From Sedimentisphaeraceae bacterium JB056 (GTDB lineage Bacteria > Planctomycetota > Phycisphaerae > Sedimentisphaerales > Sedimentisphaeraceae): DNA of 22,524 nucleotides. The stretch spans positions 1-22,524 of the forward strand of contig JBITAJ010000023.1 of the NCBI GenBank assembly GCA_044440125.1, in the 5' to 3' direction. This document shows positions 1 to 8,565 of this stretch, one piece after another (position 1 is the first letter of the stretch; the number at the start of each line of letters is the position of its first letter). The notes beneath the pieces were generated by a model. The model was not told the DNA's origin, made no database searches, and saw only the letters and a list, made by a program, of their open reading frames with translations. A program made the translations under genes and the position numbers.

Positions 1-78
1 AATATCAAGTTCTTTCATTTTTGACATTGATGATGATAATTCAGGTAAATCATAAAGCCTTACTATTAAGTCAGCCAT
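1..78 (-). CDS. 5' fragment of a probable GNAT-family N-acetyltransferase (runs off the left edge)
   Basis: Not in the ORF track. The minus-strand ATG at 78-76 lies 1 nt after the stop of the 80..1900 ORF and is preceded by GAGG. It reads MADLIVRLYDLPELSSSMSKMKELDI, open to the window edge, and resembles the 'MxDMLVKLYDLP' N-terminus of a GNAT subfamily. Confidence 0.6.
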   Translation of the reverse strand, partial: MADLIVRLYDLPELSSSMSKMKELDI

Positions 79-79
79 T

Positions 80-1900
80 TTAATCCTCTGTTACTTTATT
101 AAGTGATGTGTCGTGGGCTTTAATATATTCATCTTCCCAGTCCAGGCCATAATGGTACCATGGCGAATTGGTTTGTATTTTTTCAAGCCATTTCTGCATT
201 AGTATTCTGACGTTATTTGCCACAAATATATTCGAATCACTGTTTTCTATTATCCAGTCGATAAATGATTCAATGTCTTTGGCTATATCAGGCTTGCCGT
301 TTGTATAGTCATCGAATATCTGTTTGAATTTCCTAAGATAATCTGTCCATAGAGGAAGTCTGCTGCAGAAGTCGCATTGAGATATCTGCGATATTTCCAG
401 GGCAATACTGTGGAGTTTTTCGTACTGCTGGGCTCGAGTACGTTTCAAAAGGGCTCTTGGATAAGGTATATGGCATGGCCCTGCACTGTCCACAAGCTGC
501 CTTGCATAATCATAAAACTCTTTTATCTTGAGGGGGGCTTGCGGCAATATTTTACTATACAAAACATCAATCGCTCTTTTATCTTCATTATAAGCGGCTT
601 TAGCCATGAGGTAGTAATTTATGCCGTATGCTGCCCAATTGTCAAATTGGAATTGTGTCAGCAGTCCGTCAATATCGTTTTCTGCGTAAAAGCGAGTTTC
701 TTCGAATACCCTTTCGTGATGTATCATAGGAAGGGAAATGTACAAATTGACTCCCATGTAGTATTCGTAGATATTGATCTTGCCGCCATTTTTAATTGCC
801 TGCCATTGCTTCAGTGTTTTGATGTAATTTGAGTTTATAGGGCATTTAGGGTCGTTGATCAGATGGTTTATGCATCTCCAGTAAAGAGCGAAATGTACGG
901 CGTTTTTGTCTTTCAATTCAAATCTTTTTGCCGGTTGAAGATAATTTATGTATGCCGCAAATGTAATTGTTATATCCGGCAGGACTTTTTTGAGTTCAGA
1001 AGTTATATTATCTATCAAGTCGTGATAAAGCTCTTCAGATTTGTATACATGTGAAGAGAGACTGAAAGCATCTCCCTTTTGCATCTTTCCGGCAATTTGG
1101 CGGCATCCTGAGCATTCGCACCACCCAAATCCATCGTTGGGTATTAGTGAGATTGTTTTAACTTCGGGATTTCTTTTACAGTAAGCTATGATGTTTTTCA
1201 ACAGCTCTTTTCTGAGACCCGGATCGGAGGTACACAATTGCCCGCCGCTTAGGAAACCCTCATCTGTTATATCAGGCTTTATGCGTTTACCGTTAATAAT
1301 TGCGAAATATTCGGGATGATTATTGTAATACTTTTCTGCCGGTATGAAGTATTCAAAGTTGTGATGTCCGCATTCTATATCAATTCCGCGAATACGAAAG
1401 CTCTCTTTTACATCATTACTGAGATTATCGTAATATTTCATCCATACGAGCAAATAGTTAAGTCTGTTTTTTGCCATCCAGTCAGCTAACAGGGGCGTGC
1501 GTTCATCGAATTTGAACTCTTGGATGAGGCCTCTCGTTTTAATTGCCGGTTTACGAGGTGTTATTACGATTCCTTCATCAAGCCTTATTTTTTTTTGCGG
1601 CTCAAATATTTCTGAACCAGGTTCAATAAAACAGAACCCTAATAATTCTTCAGCAAAAGTATAAACCGCGTAAAGTACCTCTGTTTCGCTTGGAGCAGAA
1701 AATATTAAGGCTTCACCCTTGACTTCAACGAAGTAACCATCGCATTGTTTTACAGAAAATATTGTCTCGATATTACCATTAGTCCTGCATTTTGCACCTG
1801 TGGATATATCAAGCAATCTTTTCAATTCTGAAAAGGCAAGTTTTAGTGTCGGGTGATTAAAAGAGATATCTTTTAATGTTGTATTAGAATCAAATTTCAT
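80..1900 (-). CDS. DUF4838-like putative glycoside hydrolase with a GH20/GH67-type N-terminal domain; no signal peptide
   Basis: 606-aa ORF. Motifs include LYAVYTFAEELLG (N-domain), HPEYFA..G.R, QLCTSDP, ISLIPNDGFGWCECSGC, AAY and IYEYY, all typical of DUF4838 proteins. Confidence 0.75.
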   Translation of the reverse strand: MKFDSNTTLKDISFNHPTLKLAFSELKRLLDISTGAKCRTNGNIETIFSVKQCDGYFVEVKGEALIFSAPSETEVLYAVYTFAEELLGFCFIEPGSEIFEPQKKIRLDEGIVITPRKPAIKTRGLIQEFKFDERTPLLADWMAKNRLNYLLVWMKYYDNLSNDVKESFRIRGIDIECGHHNFEYFIPAEKYYNNHPEYFAIINGKRIKPDITDEGFLSGGQLCTSDPGLRKELLKNIIAYCKRNPEVKTISLIPNDGFGWCECSGCRQIAGKMQKGDAFSLSSHVYKSEELYHDLIDNITSELKKVLPDITITFAAYINYLQPAKRFELKDKNAVHFALYWRCINHLINDPKCPINSNYIKTLKQWQAIKNGGKINIYEYYMGVNLYISLPMIHHERVFEETRFYAENDIDGLLTQFQFDNWAAYGINYYLMAKAAYNEDKRAIDVLYSKILPQAPLKIKEFYDYARQLVDSAGPCHIPYPRALLKRTRAQQYEKLHSIALEISQISQCDFCSRLPLWTDYLRKFKQIFDDYTNGKPDIAKDIESFIDWIIENSDSNIFVANNVRILMQKWLEKIQTNSPWYHYGLDWEDEYIKAHDTSLNKVTED

Positions 1901-1907
1901 GTTATTA

Positions 1908-3839
1908 TCAGTGTTTTACTTGTCCATCGTCAGATTCATCTCTTGTCATCGTTTTGAGCATAGAGAACATCTTCGAGAGGTCACGGAAACCTCCAACGGC
2001 AAACCATACTGTTGTGATTACGGATAGTATGACTAGTATAGCTATGTAATATTTCCAGAAAATTGCCCAAGCTTCTTCGCTTACATCGAAAACCAGGTTG
2101 TATATTGTTCCGACTACAAATATTGTTATCAAGAGTACTGTCCATCCGAATATCATGAGGTAAACTATCTTGTCTCTGAGATTGAACTCCCCAGTTATTC
2201 CAAGCAGTGCCATGATTCCTTTCTTCTTGATTTTCTGTATAAACGATAGTTTTTCGGTCTCTTCTTTGAGGTCTTTGTGCAGCATTTGGTCAAGATTGAA
2301 ATTTTCTTTGCATGTCAATAGTGAAACTGCTACATACATCACTATTGCAGCGACTGCGGCGTAGAAGCTCAGCACAGCTCCGTTTTGTGATATAAGCCAT
2401 TGTATTAGGGCGTTATGGTCTTCCGTTGTTTTGAAGAACTGCTTAAGCAATATTACTGATACGGAAAGTGTTGAGCCAGTTATCATTCCGGCCCATCCGC
2501 CGGCAGTGGTTCCTTTCTTCCAGTAGAGCCCGCCGATGACCACTGCTCCGGCTCCACCTACAAATATTGCACCTGTTATCATAAAAAACATGTAAATGTG
2601 TTCTGTATGCCGAAATACGAGACTGAAGATATATATGAACAGTGCCACAGCAGCTATTGACCATTTTAAGAGCGAGATATGTTTTTCATGCGGCAGGTGA
2701 GTTTTTCTAAACGGCATCACTACATCCTGTATCAGGATGCTTCCCCATGAATGCAGGTAGGTAGTGTCAGTGCTTATTGATGCTGCAAGAAAGACTGCCG
2801 CTACACATCCCAAAAGACCTGTCGGCAGGAAGTATTTCATCGCGATGCTTGTTGTGATTTGGTCACGTAGTACGGTGTTGTCCACTGAATTGATTGAATC
2901 CAGTGCAGCCTGGTTTGAAACGGCAAAAGAAGGGTCCTTGAAAAAGACGAATGCACATACTGCTACTATCACCATGAATAAGTTTGTTGCTATCATTCGC
3001 CACGAACTGAGTATTCGTCCCATTCTAGCTTCGTGTGGGTTTACTGCACAGGCATTGTATCCCTGGCTACCCTGCCATATTCCTGTGCCGTAAAGCATAT
3101 TAAAAGCCATTATCAGGTAGAACCAGATATTAAAGCCTTCGGTGCTTGTTGTTTTAACAGGATTCAGCATCGATTCGTTCTCCGGCGCAGTTTGCAGAGC
3201 ATTTATTATCATGCCCCAGTCAAATTTAGTGAACAAAAAGATTATTACCACAACGAAGATTATATTGCAGAATGTACCCTGTATAAAGTCTGTTGTGATG
3301 ACTGTTATCTGTCCGCCGCTGAGTGTAAAGAACATTGCTATTAGAATCAACATCGCCATTAGCCCGGCGTATACCGGTAAAGTGTTTGGCAGTCCGCAGA
3401 AGTGTATAAAAAATCTTGCCGTTACTGATGGGAAAATGCCAAAGTTTATGACTCCGGAGAGCCATGCCAGAATGCCGGTGAATATTCGGAGGTTACGGCT
3501 ATAACGCATTTCGATGAATTGAGCCATGGTCAAGGCTCTTGTCTGACGGAATCTGTAGAACACCCATCCTGATAACGAAACAAATGTTACGATACACAGT
3601 GTCATCAATTGCCACCATGCGGCGGAAAATCCTGCCTGATAGAACATTTCGAAGCCCGCAATAATGCTTATAGCTCCTATTCCTGCTATGCCCTGCGCAA
3701 CAGTTATGATATATCTGCCTGCACATCGGTTTGCGGCAAGAAAGTCCGAAACCGACTTGTTGAATTTTCGTGTATATAAAGCACCTGATGTCAGAATGAC
3801 AAGAAATGCTGCGATTATCGACCAGTCTAAAACGCTCAT
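1908..3839 (-). CDS. Sodium:solute symporter (SSS/SLC5) family protein, probable sugar or oligosaccharide importer
   Basis: 643-aa multi-transmembrane ORF with DFLAANR, TMAQFIEMRY, TDFIQG, LPTGLLG..AAVFLAASIST and GGLYWKKGTTAGGWAGM. An AAGGA RBS lies upstream. Confidence 0.92.
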   Translation of the reverse strand: MSVLDWSIIAAFLVILTSGALYTRKFNKSVSDFLAANRCAGRYIITVAQGIAGIGAISIIAGFEMFYQAGFSAAWWQLMTLCIVTFVSLSGWVFYRFRQTRALTMAQFIEMRYSRNLRIFTGILAWLSGVINFGIFPSVTARFFIHFCGLPNTLPVYAGLMAMLILIAMFFTLSGGQITVITTDFIQGTFCNIIFVVVIIFLFTKFDWGMIINALQTAPENESMLNPVKTTSTEGFNIWFYLIMAFNMLYGTGIWQGSQGYNACAVNPHEARMGRILSSWRMIATNLFMVIVAVCAFVFFKDPSFAVSNQAALDSINSVDNTVLRDQITTSIAMKYFLPTGLLGCVAAVFLAASISTDTTYLHSWGSILIQDVVMPFRKTHLPHEKHISLLKWSIAAVALFIYIFSLVFRHTEHIYMFFMITGAIFVGGAGAVVIGGLYWKKGTTAGGWAGMITGSTLSVSVILLKQFFKTTEDHNALIQWLISQNGAVLSFYAAVAAIVMYVAVSLLTCKENFNLDQMLHKDLKEETEKLSFIQKIKKKGIMALLGITGEFNLRDKIVYLMIFGWTVLLITIFVVGTIYNLVFDVSEEAWAIFWKYYIAILVILSVITTVWFAVGGFRDLSKMFSMLKTMTRDESDDGQVKH

Positions 3840-3851
3840 TGCTATCCTTCG

Positions 3852-6332
3852 TTAAATGGTTTGATTTTTTTCTATGAACTGTTCGGCCTCTGCCCAGTAT
3901 TTGTCAGATTCGAGCGGCATATTGTTGAGCTGCCAGAACTGCGTCATCTTTCTTTCACAAATTCGGGGCTTTTGTCCCTGTTCAAGCAGATAATCCTTAA
4001 GCATATCGAGACCAATCGATGCTTGCGGGTTGAATTCTTCGCTCGTTACGTATTTGATAATCGTTTCGAACATATAGCAAACTGCCGGATCATGCTTTTC
4101 TATACCGGTGAAATTGAATGCGCTGATAAAAAGCCTTCCGCTGCCAACTTTGATTTCAGCAAGATATCCGAATTTCCTTAGTGTCCATTCTGGTTGAAGT
4201 TCTGAGAGCTGATAGGTGTAGACGTCAAAGCGATCTCGTACTGCTTTGTCTACTCCTTGTATCGCAGGGTCGATTTTAACCGGGAATGTATCGAAGTTTA
4301 TTTTGTCGCAGTCATCAACAAGGTCGTGAAATTGCAAGTCAAGAAAGCCGTTATTGGGGAATCTGTTTGATATAAAATGCTTCCGCAGGAAACCGCCGGA
4401 AAAAGTTCCTCTGTCCCATATTATACCTTTGTATCTGTCCCAGGTGGCAGGTAAATAATATTTTTCCCGCTTGATTTCAGCTTCTCTTGATCTGGTTTCT
4501 TCCACTCGATAGAGCAGCAGGGCGTCTTTCCCTTCTGCCAGATGATCGAAAAGCTCATCGTCAAAACGGTTTTTTATAATAAGCGAATCATTGCCGCCTT
4601 TGCAGATATCCGAGTAACGCCGAGAAAGGTCTATATCGTCGAGATCGACACGGCACTTTATATTTTCGATGGTTTGAGGTTCATTGGGAAATGCCCACAG
4701 ATCCCAATGGTTAGCTACGGTCTCGTTACCCGGCCACGAGAGCTTGAGTTTAAGTTTGAGATTTTGTGCTTTTTCAAGTTCGGGTATTTTGAGGGTAAGA
4801 GTGCATATTTCCTGCAAGCCAAGCTTTGACATGTCTATGTCAGCCATGCTGTCGCTTAGAATCGCCTTGCCGCTTTCATCCGCGAGTTCGAATTCAAAAA
4901 CAGCATCTGGCTTTAGTTTCTGGTCGAAATGTGAGACGGCTACCGGTATCTTTACCTCATCCAACTCGAAAAAAGTACGTTTGGGCAGATCGGCAAGTAT
5001 TGCAGTGTTGCCGTTGAACTGCTTGAAAAAGCTGCTTTCCACGTAGCGGTTGTCATCGAAACAGTCAATCAGGCCGTTGGAGTTTTCGTAAAGGTCTGTG
5101 TCGCAGAGTTGAAGGAAGTGGAAGCCTGAGAGCAGTTTGCTCCGTCTTGCCGCCTCAATTCCGAGTTTCCAGCATGTTTTCTGGAATTCCTTGCTTGCCT
5201 TGTACATCTGCGGATAGTCTTCTTCGAGGCCTTTTGTTTCTACCAGTTTTTTCAGCTCGTCCACCCACCATGGTTTTTCTATGTTGTTGGACGTAAATTT
5301 CTTGTCAAGGTTGTATATGTCGTGCAGGGCGATATAATGGCATATCTCGTGTGCCAGTACCGGCCTGTCGATATTCAATGCACGACGTATTGTGTAATTG
5401 CCGGCTTCTTTTAGAAGCTCTTTGTTTTCATCTACCGATCCGTAAATGTGCCAGTTATAGGTGTTGTCAAACATGTCGTAGTTTTTGCCGTATGGGAAGT
5501 AGTAGCTCATGTGCTGCACATCAAAGTCTACGTAATCCCTGTCGTATTCACCGTGGGCGCATGTGTCTATGAAAAGCCGCGTTGGGTCTATTTCTTTTGT
5601 GAGATCGGCTATTTCACGAACGAAGGGATTTCTACCTGGTTTACGTATTTCGTTGCCCATGCAGTAAGCCATTACACAGCAGTGGTTTCTTAGCTTTTTT
5701 ACAGTTTCAATCCACTGTTGTTTATCAAGGATTTCACCTTCATCGCTCATCATTCTGCGTTCTTTCTGGTACTTTCCGAAGTATTTTCTCAACTCCACGT
5801 GTACGAGAATACCCAGTTTATCGGCGGCTTCAAGGAAAGTTTGATCCGGTATTCTTGAATGGAAGCGGACTAGGTTGAAGCCGAATTTTTTTGCCTGCTT
5901 GATGTTCTTTTCATGGTAGGTATATAGGTCAAGGTTGAGCATGTTAGGGTGATCGTGAGCTTCACGGCCCCGAATGTAACCCCTTAGATATATTTTTTGG
6001 TTGTTTAGGTATATCCATTTACCCTTAACTTCTATCTTGCGCATTCCGAAATGTTGTGATATTTCGTAGAGTCTTCCGTTGATCTTTAATGTCAGCCTCA
6101 TCTTGTAGAGATGAGGGTTTTCAAGTGTCCATGGTGTGAAGCCCGGCATTTGCTCGAATATCTTTGCCGGTTGTCCTGAGGGCAGTTCAGAGCTGCCTTC
6201 GGCTATTATGTCACGGTCGGAAAGTACTTGCCAACTGCATTCGCTGCAGCCTTGGGGGATAGTGAAATTTGCGGATACCGCACTTTTATCGAATAAAGGT
6301 TCTATGAATAAATCGGAAAGTATTTGTTGCAT
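3852..6332 (-). CDS. Glycoside hydrolase family 2-like protein (TIM barrel); no signal peptide
   Basis: 826-aa ORF with PWTLENPHLY, FGMRKIEV...YLNNQKIYLRG, KKFGFNLVRFHS, ADKLGILVHVE, MGNE (acid/base), DPTRL and RPVLAHE (nucleophile). Confidence 0.85.
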   Translation of the reverse strand: MQQILSDLFIEPLFDKSAVSANFTIPQGCSECSWQVLSDRDIIAEGSSELPSGQPAKIFEQMPGFTPWTLENPHLYKMRLTLKINGRLYEISQHFGMRKIEVKGKWIYLNNQKIYLRGYIRGREAHDHPNMLNLDLYTYHEKNIKQAKKFGFNLVRFHSRIPDQTFLEAADKLGILVHVELRKYFGKYQKERRMMSDEGEILDKQQWIETVKKLRNHCCVMAYCMGNEIRKPGRNPFVREIADLTKEIDPTRLFIDTCAHGEYDRDYVDFDVQHMSYYFPYGKNYDMFDNTYNWHIYGSVDENKELLKEAGNYTIRRALNIDRPVLAHEICHYIALHDIYNLDKKFTSNNIEKPWWVDELKKLVETKGLEEDYPQMYKASKEFQKTCWKLGIEAARRSKLLSGFHFLQLCDTDLYENSNGLIDCFDDNRYVESSFFKQFNGNTAILADLPKRTFFELDEVKIPVAVSHFDQKLKPDAVFEFELADESGKAILSDSMADIDMSKLGLQEICTLTLKIPELEKAQNLKLKLKLSWPGNETVANHWDLWAFPNEPQTIENIKCRVDLDDIDLSRRYSDICKGGNDSLIIKNRFDDELFDHLAEGKDALLLYRVEETRSREAEIKREKYYLPATWDRYKGIIWDRGTFSGGFLRKHFISNRFPNNGFLDLQFHDLVDDCDKINFDTFPVKIDPAIQGVDKAVRDRFDVYTYQLSELQPEWTLRKFGYLAEIKVGSGRLFISAFNFTGIEKHDPAVCYMFETIIKYVTSEEFNPQASIGLDMLKDYLLEQGQKPRICERKMTQFWQLNNMPLESDKYWAEAEQFIEKNQTI

Positions 6333-6383
6333 TTTATGTTTCTCTTTTATGTTTCGTTAAGAATTCTCGGAGATCATTTTTTA

Positions 6384-6412
6384 ATTCTAATAAGTTTAGT
6401 CTTTTATGTCAA
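6384..6412 (-). promoter_or_regulatory. sigma70-type promoter for the leftward operon
   Basis: On the minus strand, TTGACA (6412-6407), a 17-bp spacer, then TAGAAT (6389-6384), about 50 bp upstream of the GH2 ATG. Confidence 0.75.
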
Positions 6413-6413
6413 G

Positions 6414-6425
6414 ATAATCGATAAA
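6414..6425. promoter_or_regulatory. Putative LacI-type operator (secondary copy)
   Basis: ATAATCGATAAA matches the palindrome at 6526-6537 at 10/12 positions and lies 1 bp from the leftward -35 box. Confidence 0.55.
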
Positions 6426-6510
6426 ATAAATTTTGCTGATATAGTCTTTTGGGGTTAAGTTGTTTTTTTTAAATGGCTTATATCTTTAAATTTAAAATTT
6501 TCAAATTCTC

Positions 6511-6539
6511 TTGACATTGTTTAGGTTTATCGATAAAAT
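6511..6539 (+). promoter_or_regulatory. sigma70-type promoter for lacI and the rightward operon
   Basis: TTGACA (6511-6516), a 17-bp spacer, then TAAAAT (6534-6539), 38 bp upstream of the LacI ATG. Confidence 0.78.
6526..6537. promoter_or_regulatory. Putative LacI-family operator
   Basis: Perfect 12-bp palindrome TTTATCGATAAA with a central CG, as is typical of LacI-family sites. It overlaps the -10 box of the promoter upstream of a LacI gene. Confidence 0.65.
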
Positions 6540-6577
6540 GAAATTAACCTTGAAATAGAAGAAACAAAGGGAACAAA

Positions 6578-7594
6578 ATGGCAACTACAATTTATGATAT
6601 AGCCAAGAAAGTAAACACTTCCGCCACTACGGTAAGTCTCGCCCTTCGCGGCAGCAGTAAGATAAGTGCAGAAACGATCGAAAAGGTCAAAAGAGTTGCT
6701 CTTGAACTTGATTACAGGCCTAATGCTATGGCCAGGGGGTTGGTTGGCTCGTGTACTAAAACATTGGCTTTTGTGTTCAATTATCCTACTCTTGATTTGG
6801 CCAATGACAGGTCATTCATGCAGATATTTCACGATTTTGCCCAGTACGCTCAGACGCTTCAGTATCGCGTTCTCTTTCACAGTGTTTCCACCGTGATGGA
6901 TATGAGCGAGTTGATTGCTGAGATGAAAAGCTATGGCGTGGGCGGGATGCTGCTTGCATCCGATCTTGATGATAATTCAAAGCAGAAAATAGCTCAGAGC
7001 CGTTTCCCGACAGTACTTATTGGTCGTGATTTTACAGCTTCGCAAGCAAGCTGTGTGATGCTGGATGGCAAGAACGGAGCAATTCAGGCTGTTGAGTATC
7101 TTTGCAGGCTGGGGCATAGCAGAATAGCTTTCGTGGGAAGACTTCCCAATAGGGAGGTTTCTATGCAGAGGCTTTCGGGTTATGTTGAAGGACTTGCGAG
7201 GGCCGGTATAGAGGTTGATGAGTCACTTATCTTTGATTCGGCTTTTGACCTTGATTCTGGTGAACTTGCCGGTTTGAGGCTTGCCAGAGTCAGGCCGCTG
7301 CCTACTGCGGTGCTTGCTACCGGTGATATGCTTGCTTTCGGTATGATAGGCGGTTTGCGTGAGAAGGGTGTAAGCGTTCCTGCAGATGTTAGTATTGTTG
7401 GTTTTGACAATATTGATCTTGGCAGAATATCTTATCCAACACTCTCAACAGTTGATCTTTCCAGGCAGCAGGCAGCCAGAAGGGCCGCTGAACTGCTGAT
7501 TGATATAATGAAGACAGGAAAAGGCGGGGTTCGTGATGTTGTGAAGTCTAAACTCATAATAAGGGACTCCACTACTGAACCCAGAGCTGAGTAA
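6578..7594 (+). CDS. LacI-family transcriptional regulator
   Basis: 338 aa. HTH TIYDIAKKVNTSATTVSLALRG, hinge YRPNAMARGL, LGHSRIAFV, VPADVSIVGFDN, PTLSTV and LIIRDST. Confidence 0.97.
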   Translation: MATTIYDIAKKVNTSATTVSLALRGSSKISAETIEKVKRVALELDYRPNAMARGLVGSCTKTLAFVFNYPTLDLANDRSFMQIFHDFAQYAQTLQYRVLFHSVSTVMDMSELIAEMKSYGVGGMLLASDLDDNSKQKIAQSRFPTVLIGRDFTASQASCVMLDGKNGAIQAVEYLCRLGHSRIAFVGRLPNREVSMQRLSGYVEGLARAGIEVDESLIFDSAFDLDSGELAGLRLARVRPLPTAVLATGDMLAFGMIGGLREKGVSVPADVSIVGFDNIDLGRISYPTLSTVDLSRQQAARRAAELLIDIMKTGKGGVRDVVKSKLIIRDSTTEPRAE

Positions 7595-7622
7595 ATGAGT
7601 ATATTTAATATAGAGAATTAGC

Positions 7623-8543
7623 GTGTCAATAGTGCCAAAAGACATATTTTCCGATAAAATCAAGACGGGCAGTCCACTCGTTGAGACTACTCCGTTTGTT
7701 TTCGACGGAAGGCTTTATCTTCTTGAAAACTGGCGAAAGATGTGGGATTATCCGATAGTGCTTGATGGTTATCCGCAAAATGTAAAGACGAAATATCTGA
7801 CTTGGGACATTGCTCGTGTCAGGGATATTGAGGCCGATAAGATAATAAGTGTTCCGATGGTCGGCATGGGCTTTTGTTCAGCTTTTGTTGACGATGACAG
7901 GGTTTATGTTTTTGGTAGCAAGTTTAATAATGATAAGACTTGGAACAGCAAAGAGATATGGATGTGCTACTCTGATGATCTATTTATCTGGTCGCATCCT
8001 GAGTGTATCCTTGAGGCAGATGAGGATGAGTTATTCTTTAATATTAATGTATGCAAAAAACTTGGTGGTGAAGGTTTTGTACTTCTTGTCGAGACAGATG
8101 CTGCCCCATGGCCAAAATTTACATTCCGCTTTCTTGAAAGTGAAAACTTAACCGATTGGTCGCCGATCGATGGAGCGATTTACGGTGATGATAAATATGT
8201 CGGAGGACCGGCAATATACACTGTAAACGATTTCTATTATGTATGCTACCTTGATGAAGCACCGGAAGGCTGGATAACAAGGATTGCACGTTCAAAAGAT
8301 CTCAAAAACTGGCAGGATGCACCGAAAGATAAGCCGGTTTTGATGTATAACAAAGAAAATGACTGCCATCGTCTTCGAGGCGAAGGTATTAAAGAGAATA
8401 ATGTTTCCGATTTGGAATTATGCGAATTTAACGGCAAAACACTACTGTACTTCACCGGGGGCGATCAGCTTGTCTGCGGAGATCTTCAATATGCTCGATA
8501 TCCCGGTTCAATGCAGGAATTGTTTGAGAGTTTCTTTAACTAA
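7623..8543 (+). CDS. Five-bladed beta-propeller glycoside hydrolase-like protein (GH43/32/130-like fold), family unassigned; no signal peptide
   Basis: 306-aa ORF with a GTG start. Blade-end motifs recur (YSDDLFIWS, ESENLTDWS, RSKDLKNWQ), along with ETTPFVFDGRLYL, GGPAIY and SDLEL. Confidence 0.65.
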   Translation: MSIVPKDIFSDKIKTGSPLVETTPFVFDGRLYLLENWRKMWDYPIVLDGYPQNVKTKYLTWDIARVRDIEADKIISVPMVGMGFCSAFVDDDRVYVFGSKFNNDKTWNSKEIWMCYSDDLFIWSHPECILEADEDELFFNINVCKKLGGEGFVLLVETDAAPWPKFTFRFLESENLTDWSPIDGAIYGDDKYVGGPAIYTVNDFYYVCYLDEAPEGWITRIARSKDLKNWQDAPKDKPVLMYNKENDCHRLRGEGIKENNVSDLELCEFNGKTLLYFTGGDQLVCGDLQYARYPGSMQELFESFFN

Positions 8544-8565
8544 TATTATTTAACAGGAGTGTCTT

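Noticed and set aside
21..51. TTGACA near the window start as a plus-strand promoter
   Set aside because: No correctly spaced -10 box, and it lies antisense within the probable GNAT CDS.
7596..7622. ATG just after the lacI stop as the start of the propeller gene
   Set aside because: It hits an in-frame TAG after 8 codons, directly before the GTG at 7623. A recent nonsense change or readthrough cannot be supported from this sequence alone.
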